Below are positions 19,643-30,600 of a stretch of 64,000 bases of DNA, piece after piece. This DNA comes from Bythopirellula sp. (GTDB lineage Bacteria > Planctomycetota > Planctomycetia > Pirellulales > Lacipirellulaceae), in assembly GCA_965216565.1 (NCBI GenBank), contig OZ244170.1:1824001-1888000 (forward strand). Direction: 5' to 3'. Made by a program: the position numbers and the translations under genes. The stretch's first letter is position 1. Each line of letters opens with the position of its first letter. The notes below the pieces were generated by a model that had not been told where the DNA came from, searched no databases, and was given only the letters and a program-made list of their open reading frames with translations.

Positions 19643-21229
19643 TTACCTTCTTCTACGCAGCAACAGCCCGCAGCCAAACCACGCTAACAACAGGGAATTC
19701 GGTTCCGGAACAGCTGCAATACTCGCTGAAACGGGGGGAGCACTGCCGAATTGAGATTCCCAAATCGCAAGGTCCGCAGCTCCGACCACTCCGTCGCCGT
19801 TGGCGTCGCCATTACTATTGTCGGACTGTCCAGTTTGGCCAACATTCTGCTGGTAGATCAAGAAATCAAGACCAGTCACCAACCCGTCTCCATCAAAGTC
19901 TGCACTATCGTCGGCCACTTCTGTGAGCAAGCGGAAGTTGTCAATTTGGTAGATACCCGCACCATCGGTACTAGTTGAAATGCCGATGCGAAGGAAATTG
20001 GTGTTTTCATCTAATCCGGCATCCGCAAGCGATTGAGAAAGCGAATCGTCGACCATTCCACTGAGCGGAATAGTTACGGTCCCAGTTTCCCCAATCGTTT
20101 GAATGCCGTTGAAACTTCCGCCAAACCCATCGAAGAAAGTACCCTGATCGTCGGAGAAATGAACTCCGAAAGATGTGAAGGTTGGCGAATTGGGAAATGA
20201 GTCGTCAAATCGCACATCGAATGCCAGGGAACTTGCACCGTTGATCTTACCCACCAAGTCGTCAATCAGCCCTTGGATGGTGGGATCGATATCTTCAATA
20301 TTGGGATCTGGATTGATGTCGGAATCTAGCGTGAATTGACTGCCCCAGGTGAACGCGCCGTTGGGATCTTGGAGTCCCGTGCGATCGATCTGCAAGCTGG
20401 AACTTCCAGCAGTTGCGCCTAAGCTGGAAATTGAATGAGCGTGGCCCGTTTGGAATCCTTCGGTCCAGTTTTCAAACTGCTCGTTCACACTAGGGGTATT
20501 GGGGTCATCGGGCGTTTCCCAGGAGAAAATGGTCTCCTCAGTAAATTCTGGCAGTCCGGTTAGACGGATGTTGTCTATTGCTATGTCAGCCGTGCCGGAC
20601 CAAGCACCATTTGACTTGAAACCAATATCAAAGAAGCCGGAGCCTTGCCCAAGCTTGAGAGTCGGCCCCAATGGCACGACGGCATGGTATTGATTGGGAA
20701 CGGCTGTGGGCGTGATCGTCATCCCGTCTGAATCCGCTAGTCCACCCGTTAGGGTAGGAAATGAGGAATTCGTATCGCCTCCAATGAAATCGCCGGTTCC
20801 GTATTGAGAGAACCCCGCATCGCTATTGATATACATTCCGAGCTGCATGAAGGCATCCGCAGTCACATTGGAAAGATCAAATGTAAAGTCGAATTCAAAA
20901 TTTGGCGTCTTACCGGCGGCGATCTCATCTGCAGCCACAGACAGCAAATCGAAAGCATTTTCAAAGCCGGCGGTGCTACCGTTAAAATTCCCTGTCTTGC
21001 CGACATCGTTTTTAAATCCAGAGGTAAGATCATCCATGAGCATCGACATCGAACCTTCGGTTGCGCCAAAAGTGCTTTGAGTGAGCGTCGCATTGGCCGC
21101 CGACCAGCCTTCCAAATCTGGCTCAAAAGACCACAGCAACTGGGCTTCGGCAGAAGGAGTCACCAGAATCATCGCACACATTGCGAACAGAACTGCAATT
21201 TGTCGCGAAACTCTATTGCTTAGCTTCAT
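19643..21229 (-). CDS. Non-catalytic PEP-CTERM protein with two tandem beta-sandwich domains and a dockerin-like module
   Basis: Signal peptide; repeats LWSFE..GATEG..IDNIRL and IFSWE..GATAG..IDNFRL; ADFDGDG; VPEPN tail. AAGGAG RBS. Confidence 0.85.
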   Translation of the reverse strand: MKLSNRVSRQIAVLFAMCAMILVTPSAEAQLLWSFEPDLEGWSAANATLTQSTFGATEGSMSMLMDDLTSGFKNDVGKTGNFNGSTAGFENAFDLLSVAADEIAAGKTPNFEFDFTFDLSNVTADAFMQLGMYINSDAGFSQYGTGDFIGGDTNSSFPTLTGGLADSDGMTITPTAVPNQYHAVVPLGPTLKLGQGSGFFDIGFKSNGAWSGTADIAIDNIRLTGLPEFTEETIFSWETPDDPNTPSVNEQFENWTEGFQTGHAHSISSLGATAGSSSLQIDRTGLQDPNGAFTWGSQFTLDSDINPDPNIEDIDPTIQGLIDDLVGKINGASSLAFDVRFDDSFPNSPTFTSFGVHFSDDQGTFFDGFGGSFNGIQTIGETGTVTIPLSGMVDDSLSQSLADAGLDENTNFLRIGISTSTDGAGIYQIDNFRLLTEVADDSADFDGDGLVTGLDFLIYQQNVGQTGQSDNSNGDANGDGVVGAADLAIWESQFGSAPPVSASIAAVPEPNSLLLAWFGCGLLLRRRR

Positions 21230-21366
21230 CTGTCTCAAACTCCTTATCCGAAATCGGCATGCAAGGCATCAGGAAAATGCGTGCTAATTAAATGCGGTTG
21301 CCGGCTGTCATTGAAACTGTGGACTCTCGAAACACACGAGGCCATCGAACGTTTGCTCGGCTGCAA

Positions 21367-21413
21367 CATATCCCCGCAGATCTAACGTGTCAGTCAGATC
21401 TGCGAGGGATATG
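21367..21413 (-). terminator. Intergenic stem-loop after the first PEP-CTERM gene of the mannan locus
   Basis: CATATCCCCGCAGATCT pairs with AGATCTGCGAGGGATATG, about 17 bp with a bulge. No U-tract. Confidence 0.65.
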
Positions 21414-21454
21414 GAATTGCAACTGATTCAAGTTCGCAAACCAAGTATCTGCCG

Positions 21455-22639
21455 TTACTTCTTCGCTCTTCTAGGAAGCACTACGCAGCTCGCAGCAAAG
21501 CCAAGCAATACCAGGCTGCTTGGCTCTGGAATGGAGTACCGCACGAGGTCGATGTTAATATCGATATCGTTAGCGTGACTTCCTAGATTGACGCCGCTAA
21601 ACTGAACATTTTGCAGATCAGTGATGGACGTAATTGGGAAAGTTAAATCATAAAATGAACCATCGATTGGCAGCGACTGTGTGCCGGGTGTCTGGTACGT
21701 GAATCCACTACCTGTTTGGAAGTAGGCCTGAACGTCAACCGTACCGCCTCCAGCTGTCGGATCTGTCGCGGACATCCGATAGGTGACCAACCGGTAGTTG
21801 GATACATCAGTCAAGCGTTCGTTGAACGAATTTCCATTCCACGACGTACCATTGCCATAGGCGATGGCGGCGCCACTGGCTGAAACTGGATTGTTCGGAT
21901 CCGGTCCAACTCCAAGATCAGTCCATTGCAGCGAACCGCTTCCACTCAAGCTCTGAGAGAAACCCGTTTGATTCTGTCCACCATCGTTTCCAAGGATGGC
22001 CCCTTGATCAAAATTCGCAAAAACACCTTGAAGTCCACCGTCTGAAGCCCCTGCATCATGCGTTGCCAAATCTCGCTCAATAAGCGGTGTGCCACCGCTT
22101 CGTACTTCTTCCAGTGTCCAGGTTAAGTTTCCTTCGGTTCCTGAGTGATCCCGCGGAGTAAACCCGATAGTACGAATGTAAACTTGTTGTTCGAAAGTTA
22201 AGTTCGACAAAGGCAACTGATAAGTGCTAACCCCTGGAGATACCGCCACGTCGGGTGCAAGTGTTACAAAAGTAAAACCCTGCGATCCTTGAATATAGAA
22301 CTGGACGTCAACGTTGCCCGCACCGTTGTGACCCAAGTCGAATTCCAAGAAATCTAGTCCTGTCAAATCAAGGCCGCCACTCGCGGTGGAAGTTTCTAGG
22401 CGACGGTTGGAGCCGTCGCTATAGGATGTTTCTGTTCCACCGGTGCCTTCGATGATGGTTAGCTCGCCAGCGATAGTGTTCTGCAAAGTTACCGGTGTGG
22501 CGCCAAAATTTCTTTTCCAATCTTGAATATCACCAGTGCCATCCCAGGTATAGAGCACACCAGGCGACTGCGCTTGAACAGTTGAGCAGACCACAAGACT
22601 AGCTGCCAAAACAACAAAACACATGCACGTACGATTCAT
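21455..22639 (-). CDS. PEP-CTERM protein with two tandem CBM59-like domains
   Basis: Repeats DLTGLDFLEFDL..VDVQFYIQGSQGFTF and DVSNYRLVTYRM..VDVQAYFQTGSGFTY; IPEPS tail. Confidence 0.82.
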   Translation of the reverse strand: MNRTCMCFVVLAASLVVCSTVQAQSPGVLYTWDGTGDIQDWKRNFGATPVTLQNTIAGELTIIEGTGGTETSYSDGSNRRLETSTASGGLDLTGLDFLEFDLGHNGAGNVDVQFYIQGSQGFTFVTLAPDVAVSPGVSTYQLPLSNLTFEQQVYIRTIGFTPRDHSGTEGNLTWTLEEVRSGGTPLIERDLATHDAGASDGGLQGVFANFDQGAILGNDGGQNQTGFSQSLSGSGSLQWTDLGVGPDPNNPVSASGAAIAYGNGTSWNGNSFNERLTDVSNYRLVTYRMSATDPTAGGGTVDVQAYFQTGSGFTYQTPGTQSLPIDGSFYDLTFPITSITDLQNVQFSGVNLGSHANDIDINIDLVRYSIPEPSSLVLLGFAASCVVLPRRAKK

Positions 22640-22735
22640 TAGACTTCTCCCTCAAAAAAGAATTGACTCTGCTGATCGGGGCCAAGTTAACCACATTCGC
22701 TTGCCTAGACTCTGTAGGATTTCTCTCAGACATCT

Positions 22736-22751
22736 GCTCAACTACTTTAAT
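22736..22751. promoter_or_regulatory. Putative LacI operator
   Basis: GCTCAACTACTTTAAT (reverse complement ATTAAAGTAGTTGAGC). Confidence 0.6.
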
Positions 22752-22856
22752 GACTCCTCATTTCAACACATTTGTAGGATTTGGTTTTGGGAATCGCTCC
22801 CGTCTTCCAAGACTGAATCACCCCTCAAAACTCTAGAAAAGCACCTAAATCTGCTT

Positions 22857-22872
22857 GGTAAAGTAGTTGACT
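22857..22872. promoter_or_regulatory. Putative LacI operator
   Basis: GGTAAAGTAGTTGACT. Confidence 0.55.
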
Positions 22873-22972
22873 AGCGCACATCCTAAGCGTCTCTGCTTGG
22901 CCTGTCAACTTTTTTCCCTGGAAAACCCATCAGCATTCCAGTGTAATCACCGGCAATCTGTAGCTCTACAAA

Positions 22973-24031
22973 TCAAGAGGAGTGGGTCGTCGATTCCCGC
23001 ACAATGAGGTCTCCCCCCACCCGGATGGTGGTAGGCGGGCTATCGCCAAAATCCCCATCGAGCCGATCCACAATCAACTGCGCGGCGCGGCGGCCGATTT
23101 CTTTCGGACGCTGCCGAACGGTGGTCAAAGGCGGATGGAGAGTCGCGGCAAAATCGAGATCCGCAAATCCAATCACCGATAGTTCCTCGGGGATCTTAAT
23201 CCCCAGCTTTTCGGCGGCTTCATACATGAACAGCGCTTCGTGGTCGGTGACCGCAAAAACTGCCGTCGGGCGAGGCTCTTGAGATAGGATTTCCTCGGCA
23301 ATTTCAGGGCCGTCTGTGCCCCATTGGTTAAGCCGCCAGCAAGTGAGCTGAATTTCCTCGTGCTTGCCGATGGCCTCTTCAAACGACGCCCTGCGCCGCA
23401 CCGCCCAAGCCTGCCAGGCCGTTTCTCGTGAGGAAAGGCACGCGATATTCGTATGTCCCAGCGAAATCAAGTGCTCCGCTACGGCTCGGGAACACCTCTC
23501 TTCATCAGTTTCAATGGAATCGGCGATCTGCTCTTCGGAAAACTCGTGGTCTACGACCACAACAGGCACTTTCCGAGCGAGGAGCTCTCGATAATGCTCA
23601 TAATAGGCAACTGCAAATGAGGGCCAGAGTATTAAGCCATCCACACGACGGTCGAGCAAGCGACTAATCTGCCCCAGGCCGGGGTCATCATCTTTTTCAA
23701 AGTGGGGCATTTCCTGGCAGTCCCCAACCCAGATGGTAATTGGCAAATAGTCCTTTGATTCGAGGACGATATGAATTCCAGCGAGTACGTCGACCCAAAA
23801 CGAATCGTAGGGGGGAATCATTACCCCCACTGTCTTTGTACGACCCGTTTGGATCCCGTTCACCAACAGGTTTCTCCGCCAGCCAAGTTCCCGGGCGACG
23901 TCGAGGACGCGTTTGCAGGTATCCTCGCCAAAGCGATCTTTTTCGCCTCGCAGGATCCGAGAAGCAGCGCTCAATGAAACATTGGCTGCCTTAGCAACAT
24001 CTTTCAGTCGGGGAGCCGAGGATTTAGCCAT
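22973..24031 (-). CDS. LacI-family transcriptional regulator of the beta-mannan locus
   Basis: RLKDVAKAANVSLSAASRIL HTH, PTAVFAVTD and PPLTTVRQ. Confidence 0.95.
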   Translation of the reverse strand: MAKSSAPRLKDVAKAANVSLSAASRILRGEKDRFGEDTCKRVLDVARELGWRRNLLVNGIQTGRTKTVGVMIPPYDSFWVDVLAGIHIVLESKDYLPITIWVGDCQEMPHFEKDDDPGLGQISRLLDRRVDGLILWPSFAVAYYEHYRELLARKVPVVVVDHEFSEEQIADSIETDEERCSRAVAEHLISLGHTNIACLSSRETAWQAWAVRRRASFEEAIGKHEEIQLTCWRLNQWGTDGPEIAEEILSQEPRPTAVFAVTDHEALFMYEAAEKLGIKIPEELSVIGFADLDFAATLHPPLTTVRQRPKEIGRRAAQLIVDRLDGDFGDSPPTTIRVGGDLIVRESTTHSS

Positions 24032-24171
24032 TTTCTGGCCTTAAGGGACGGGATAACGAGGCCTCACCTTTGCATTCTAATGAGAATCAACCTAGGGATA
24101 TAGTCGCCCCGTGGCACTGGCGGCTACTTCGATCAGGGGAGGCAAAGCAAATATTGTACTTTTAGTCAATT

Positions 24172-24187
24172 GCTCAAATACTTGAAC
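24172..24187. promoter_or_regulatory. Putative LacI operator (autoregulatory)
   Basis: GCTCAAATACTTGAAC, a near-perfect palindrome. Confidence 0.65.
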
Positions 24188-24458
24188 ATCGTCATTCTCT
24201 CAGGTACAGTGAGAAGTGAATTGAGTGGTTGCCCGTAGTTTCAGGCACTGCCGATTCGCCGGAAGCGACCCTTTAAGCAAGGAACTGACAAGGGTATAGG
24301 CGCCTCGTCGCCAATATCGCACTGCAAAAAAACAGTTTGGGATTTCCTGAGCTCCGCCGCCGTTGGTGGGGCCAGTAATTCAATAGCAACCCAGTAATCC
24401 AAGAGCAATTCTGCTCCGTCAACAATCCAGTTAGCCATTTCATGGAAGCCGCGAATTA

Positions 24459-24474
24459 ATGCAAGTAGTTGAGC
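24459..24474. promoter_or_regulatory. Putative LacI operator upstream of the GH130 operon
   Basis: ATGCAAGTAGTTGAGC. Confidence 0.65.
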
Positions 24475-24526
24475 TTTGACTACCCTGCATTGGAAGAATG
24501 ATCAGTAATCTGATCGGAGACTATGT

Positions 24527-25618
24527 ATGAAGAAGGATTTGGATTCAGGCAAGATCGAGAATGCCGCAGATTCTGGCAGCGGCAGCGCTGCAGTAGCCGT
24601 ATCCTCCGGGGGCAGCACGGCTACGCGCACCGACACAGGATTGGCAGCATCGATTCCCTGGCAACAACGACCTGCTGGATCGCAAGAGATCGTTTGGCGG
24701 CATTCCGAGAATCCTATCATCGATAGAAACTTCGTGCCCGGCGCTCAAGGAATTTACAACAGTGCCGTGTTCCCATTTGGCGATGGCTTCGCGGGCGTGT
24801 TCCGCTACGAGAAAAAATGTCGCTATCCGCGTCTCCACTCCGGATGGAGTGAAGACGGCCTCGATTGGCACATTGAACCAGAGCCGATTTCATTTCAGGG
24901 CGAACCGGAAGTCGTCGACAAAGACGATTACGCTTATGACCCTCGCGTTTGCAAAATCGAAGATACTTACTATGTCACTTGGTGCGGCGGTCACGATGGA
25001 CCAACCATCAGCGTGGCATCGACCAAAGATTTCCAAAACTTCACGCGAATGGAAAATGCTTTCTTGCCATTCAATCGCAATGGAGTGCTGTTTCCTCGCA
25101 AAATTCATGGCAATTTTGTGATGCTCAGTCGTCCCAGCGATGACGGGCATACGCCGTTTGGCGACATCTACCTCAGCCAAAGTCCCGACATGTGCTATTG
25201 GGGCAAGCACCGTCTTGTAATGCGGCGGGGGGGAGATCACGTCGGTCAGTGGTGGCAACGCACAAAAATTGGTGCCGGCTCGATTCCAATTGAAACGCCG
25301 GACGGCTGGCTGATGATCTATCACGGTGTGATGGATACCTGCAACGGATTCGTTTACAGCATGGGGGCAGCACTACTCGATCTTGAGCAGCCGTGGAAGG
25401 TCTTGCACCGAACCAATCAACATATCATGACACCCGAAGCAGACTACGAAGTGAACGGGCACGTTCCGAACGTGGTATTCCCGACAGCCGCTGTGTGCGA
25501 CAAATCGCAAGATCGGCTTGCCATCTACTACGGGGCCGCCGATACAAGTTCCTGCGTTGCTTATGCTCACCTGAGCGAGTTGATCGCGTTCACAAAAGAG
25601 AATTCCGAAGTCTTTTGA
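24527..25618 (+). CDS. GH130 beta-1,4-mannooligosaccharide phosphorylase-like protein
   Basis: IYNSAV, YAYDPRV, PFNRNGVLFP, SRPSDDGHTPFGDI, KIGAG and YYGAADT. No signal peptide. Confidence 0.93.
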   Translation: MKKDLDSGKIENAADSGSGSAAVAVSSGGSTATRTDTGLAASIPWQQRPAGSQEIVWRHSENPIIDRNFVPGAQGIYNSAVFPFGDGFAGVFRYEKKCRYPRLHSGWSEDGLDWHIEPEPISFQGEPEVVDKDDYAYDPRVCKIEDTYYVTWCGGHDGPTISVASTKDFQNFTRMENAFLPFNRNGVLFPRKIHGNFVMLSRPSDDGHTPFGDIYLSQSPDMCYWGKHRLVMRRGGDHVGQWWQRTKIGAGSIPIETPDGWLMIYHGVMDTCNGFVYSMGAALLDLEQPWKVLHRTNQHIMTPEADYEVNGHVPNVVFPTAAVCDKSQDRLAIYYGAADTSSCVAYAHLSELIAFTKENSEVF

Positions 25619-25707
25619 TTCACCGTCGCTTGAGTTAGCCCGCCTAAACGCGGACACTAGCCTTACCAACCGCTTGGTTTTCTCTCTTTTGAGCTAGAAT
25701 AACCTTC

Positions 25708-27630
25708 ATGGATGACTTCAAGCTCCACGTGATCGATCAGGCGATTGTCATCGCCTATTTGTTAGTCACGGTTGCGATTGGTTTTTGGATCTCACGTCGA
25801 GCATCCAAGAGTATGCGGAATTACTTCCTCGGCGGGAATTCGATTGCCTGGTACTTGCTGGGCCTGTCGAACGCCTCGGGAATGTTCGATATTAGCGGCA
25901 CGATGCTGATTGTCGCTTGGCTATACATCTACGGCGTGAAAAGTGTTTGGATTCCCTGGCTTTGGCCGGTGTTCAACCAAATTTTCTTGATGGTGTTTCT
26001 CTCCATTTGGTTGCGTCGCTCAGGTGTGATGACCGGCGCCGAATGGATCCGCTTCCGCTTTGGCGATGGGCGCGGCGCACAGCTAGCACACCTGGTTGTC
26101 GTAGTGTTTGCGTTGGTTTCTGTCATTGGCTTTCTGGCTTATGGGTTTGTCGGCATCGGTAAATTTGCTGCGGAATTCTTGCCGTGGCAAATCTCCGCAG
26201 ACCCAACGATCAATACCAATGCGTACGGGCTGATCATTACGGCAATCGCCACCGTCTACGTCGTCAAGGGCGGGATGTTTAGCGTTGTATTCACTGAAGT
26301 CCTACAGTTCTTGATCATGACGGTTGCCTGTATATGGGTAGGTGTAATCGCCATGCAGCAGGTTTCTCCAGAGATGTTGGCGTCTGCGATTCCCGAAGGC
26401 TGGCGCAATTTGACCTTCGGTTGGCAACTCGATCTCGATTGGTCGGGGATCATGCAAGCCGCGGACGAGAGAATCGCCTCGGATGGCTGGGAGATGTTCT
26501 CGGCGTTCGTTGGACTGATGTTATTCAAAGGCGTGCTACAAAGTATCGCCGGCCCTGCGCCCAATTACGATATGCAGCGTGTCCTTTCGGCCCGCACACC
26601 GCGAGAAGCCGCCTACATGAGTGGTTTCGTCAACCTGGTTCTTCTTGTTCCCCGATACATGCTGGCTACAGGGCTCACCGTGTTGGCATTGGTTTATATG
26701 ACCGATCATATCAGTGCGCAGGGCGACTCAGTCGATTTCGATGCGGTCCTGCCCTTCGCAATCAATAACTTCATGCCGGTCGGGTTGCGAGGCGTTCTCA
26801 TTGCCGCACTGCTGGCTGCTTTCATGTCCACGTATGCGGCAACGGTGAACGCAGCGCCGGCATACGTCGTCAACGATATTTACAAACGCTACATCCGTCC
26901 CGATGCAACCGATAAGACTTACGTCTGGATGAGTTACGCCACCTCAATTGCGGTTGTCATCATTGGTACAGCGTTCGGTTTTCTAACCAAATCGCTTAAC
27001 GACATCGTGCAATGGATTGTCACCGCACTCTATGGTGGCTACACCGCCGCGAATTTGTTGAAATGGATTTGGTGGCGGTTCAATAGCTATGGTTACTTTT
27101 GGGGGATGGCCGTCGGCATGATGTCGGCAGGGATTGTTCCAGAAATATTCGACTATCTCGATGGTGAGCAGATTCTTTCACGTCCTGCAGATATCTACAT
27201 GTTTCCGGTGATTCTAGCGTTCTCCCTCATAGGATGCTTGGCGGGTACTTTCCTCACGAAACCTGACGACATGGATACCCTTAAAGAATTTTATCTACGG
27301 GTGCGACCCTGGGGATTTTGGGCACCTGTCCGCGACCAACTGGCCCAAGAGTATCCAGAAGTACAGCCGAACACCAACTTTACCCGTGATATGCTTAACT
27401 GCTTCGTTGGCATCATCTGGCAAACGGCACTCACGGCGACGGGCATTTTCATAGTACTAGAAGATTTTCGATCTCTCGCAGTCTCGCTCACCTGCGTGGT
27501 TGTTACGTCCGTGATTCTAAAGACCAATTGGTACAATAAGCTTGAGGATTACCCCGCGGATCTTGCGGTCCAGAAGGCTAGATTTCCTGAGCGAGACTCC
27601 GCAATTTCTCCCGATCGTTCCATCACTTAG
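25708..27630 (+). CDS. Sodium:solute symporter (SSS), probable mannooligosaccharide importer
   Basis: YFLGG, MFDISGT, YDMQRVLS and AAFMST, with about 14 TM segments. Confidence 0.93.
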   Translation: MDDFKLHVIDQAIVIAYLLVTVAIGFWISRRASKSMRNYFLGGNSIAWYLLGLSNASGMFDISGTMLIVAWLYIYGVKSVWIPWLWPVFNQIFLMVFLSIWLRRSGVMTGAEWIRFRFGDGRGAQLAHLVVVVFALVSVIGFLAYGFVGIGKFAAEFLPWQISADPTINTNAYGLIITAIATVYVVKGGMFSVVFTEVLQFLIMTVACIWVGVIAMQQVSPEMLASAIPEGWRNLTFGWQLDLDWSGIMQAADERIASDGWEMFSAFVGLMLFKGVLQSIAGPAPNYDMQRVLSARTPREAAYMSGFVNLVLLVPRYMLATGLTVLALVYMTDHISAQGDSVDFDAVLPFAINNFMPVGLRGVLIAALLAAFMSTYAATVNAAPAYVVNDIYKRYIRPDATDKTYVWMSYATSIAVVIIGTAFGFLTKSLNDIVQWIVTALYGGYTAANLLKWIWWRFNSYGYFWGMAVGMMSAGIVPEIFDYLDGEQILSRPADIYMFPVILAFSLIGCLAGTFLTKPDDMDTLKEFYLRVRPWGFWAPVRDQLAQEYPEVQPNTNFTRDMLNCFVGIIWQTALTATGIFIVLEDFRSLAVSLTCVVVTSVILKTNWYNKLEDYPADLAVQKARFPERDSAISPDRSIT

Positions 27631-30600
27631 GTGTCAGACATGCTTCGATCTCTTTCGGTTTGGACAGCGTTAGTGATTGCCTCGCTCTGTAGTAGTGACC
27701 TATGTGCCGATGAACCGGCAACCAGGATCGATTTTGTTCAGCGTCGAGGCAACCAACTGGTCGTCGGTGAGGATGAGTTTCGGTTCGTTTCATTCAATAT
27801 CCCTAATCTCCACCTCATCGAGGACAACTTCTCGTTAGAGAATTCCAGCCCTTGGCGCTGGCCCAACAAGTTTGAAATTACTGACGCCCTGGAGTCCGTC
27901 CGACAGATGGGTGGCACCGTAGTGCGAACCTACGTGCTAAGTGTGCAACGCGAAGGTTCTGACATGGGAAAACACATCCACGTGCGTGGACCTGGCGATT
28001 TCAATGAAAAGGGATTTGCGGTTCTCGATCAAGTCCTGGCCATTGCCCGGGAAAAAGGTATTCGAGTAATCATTCCGCTTGTCGACAATTGGAAATGGTG
28101 GGGCGGAGTTGCTGAGTATGCTCGGTTTCGTGACAAGAAGCCCGCCGATTTTTGGACCGACGAGCAATTGATCGAAGACTTTAAACAGACGATTCGCTAC
28201 ACACTCAACCGACGTAATACACTGACAGGGATCCCTTACAAAGACGACCCTACGATTCTCGGATGGGAAACGGGCAACGAGTTGGATAGCACACCAGAAT
28301 GGACTCGCCAAATAGCGGCCTACATGAAGGAAATCGACCCCAAGCACCTGGTTATTGACGGTTATGCACTGCATGGCGTTCGGCAAGAGTCCCTCGACGA
28401 CCCCAGCATCGATGTCATCACGACGCATCACTATCCAAACACTGACAAAGACTACATCGCAGCCATTCTCATGGCAAAGAAAAAGATTGGGGGAGCAAAA
28501 CCGTATTTCGTGGGGGAGTTCGGTTTTGTTCCAACCGACGAAATCGAGCGAGTACTCGACACCGTCATCGAGAACGATATCTCAGGAGCACTTATTTGGA
28601 GCCTGCGATTCCACAATCGTGATGGAGGTTTCTACTGGCATCGCGAACCGTCGGGAGACAATCTCTACAAAGCATATCATTGGCCAGGGTTTCCCAGTGG
28701 CGATGCCTACGACGAGCGCGAGATTCTGAGTTTGATGCGCGACAAGGCCTTCGCCATCCGCAACCAACCGATTCCACAAAGAGAGCCACCCGCCCCGCCG
28801 ACGCTACTGCCCATCGACGACGTCGCGGCTATTTCCTGGCAAGGCTCCGCAGGCGCAGCAAGCTACACTGTGGAACGTGCCGAACTTGAGAGTGGTCCGT
28901 GGAAGACGATTGGCCAGTCCATCTCCGATGCTCACGTGCAGTACCGTCCCCTGTATTGCGACGATTCTATCGAACCTGGCTTGCAGTACTATTACAGAGT
29001 TCGCGCGACAAATTCAGCCGGCACTTCCCAACCCTCCAACGTTCGCGGGCCAATTCGTCCGGAAAGAAAGACTCTAGTCGACGAATGTGAAACGATAGAT
29101 CGATTACAGGATTACACAGGTGACATCACCGTCGTCAGCAATCAGGAACGCAAGGTTCAAGAGGACATCCACCGCTTTCTAATTCCTCCGGGTAATTCTA
29201 TCACTTACAAAGTGGACGAAGCTATCGAGTCGTTTCGATTAGTTGTATTCGCAGCGAATGGCAATACGAAGATTGACGTCGCCACATCCGCGGAGGATAG
29301 AAATTATGTTCCTGCGAAATTGAATAGCCGCGTGAACTCAACTAGCGAGGGAGATTACGGCTATTTCCAGCCCATCCTCATCACCGGCACGCCAGCTGCA
29401 GATGGCGAACATTATCTTCGCATCGGGATCCCAGACTCAGCAGACCCTAGCGGTGTGCAAATTTCGCGCGTTGAAATCCGCTATGCGCATCAAGTCCAGG
29501 CTGCTGATAAGCCGTCCAACGATACGAGCACGCAAGCGGCCCCTCTAGGACCTTCGATCTTGCTTCATCACAAGCCGCGCCACACCGCTGGTGTGAAATC
29601 GGTCCGTCGCGCCGCTGACCTGGATTGTCGATGGATCAACGTTGTCGCCACAATGCACTGTCAATTGAATAAAGAACGTCATGTCCTACGCTACGGAGTC
29701 GTGAAGGGACGCAAATTTATTCCCCTCGATGCAAATCTCCTTGAAGCTTTTCGCCGCAGGCTCCGGGATACTTTTCTCGAAGCAATGGATCACGACATGC
29801 ATGTGGCAGTCGTTGCTCATTTGAATTCTTGGGGTAAGACAAACGACTGGAGAAATTTTTTTCAGTTCGACCCACTTCAGAAACTACAGGGCTACTCCTA
29901 CGAGCAAGCCGTAATCGAACCGATTGTTTCAGCACTTGTAGAAGCCGGAGTGCCATTGGCCGAGACGGAGCTTTCCCTGTCCGGCGAAATGGGACATAGC
30001 GTATTCAGTCATGCTGCTTCCTACCGCGCAATGATCGAGAATGTTCGGGGCAGGGCAGTGACCAAGAATCTCGGCCTGGGGGTGAGCTTAAATTTTAACA
30101 ATGTGGCGGGCGAAGCGGAGTCGTCGGACAAGCAACATCTGGAAGTGCAGCGATTGATCGAAGAATCCGACTTTCTGGGATTATCAAACTACCGTTGGTT
30201 TACACTGCCACCTACGACAGAGATTTTTGTCGAGGCCATCGACGACTTCATGACTCAACTACGCGCAAGAAATGTTGATATCCCGCAAGAATTGCCACTG
30301 CACTTTACTGAAGTGGGCATCGGCGGAGGAATTGGCGAGGGTGAAGTAGCACTCACTCCCGATCAAGCTGTCAAAACTCCCTGGGAAGGCAGCGACAAAC
30401 GATCTCGCAACCCGTGGTCGTCCACCACAATGCAATCTTTTCGCTTGCAGTATCATCATGCGTTGTTGGATTTCTTGAAAGAGCAACCCGCATCTCATCG
30501 CGTGAAGAGTGCCTATTTATGGAGCGAGGGTTCTTGGGACCCCATGGACATCCGCGACCGTGGATTCGCCGACCCTCAGATTATTCGAATGATTCAAGAG

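Noticed and set aside
24032..24526. Riboswitch or sRNA in the 495-nt LacI/GH130 spacer
   Set aside because: There are small hairpins but no aptamer consensus I recognise. Divergent promoters and two operators account for it; an Rfam scan would settle this.
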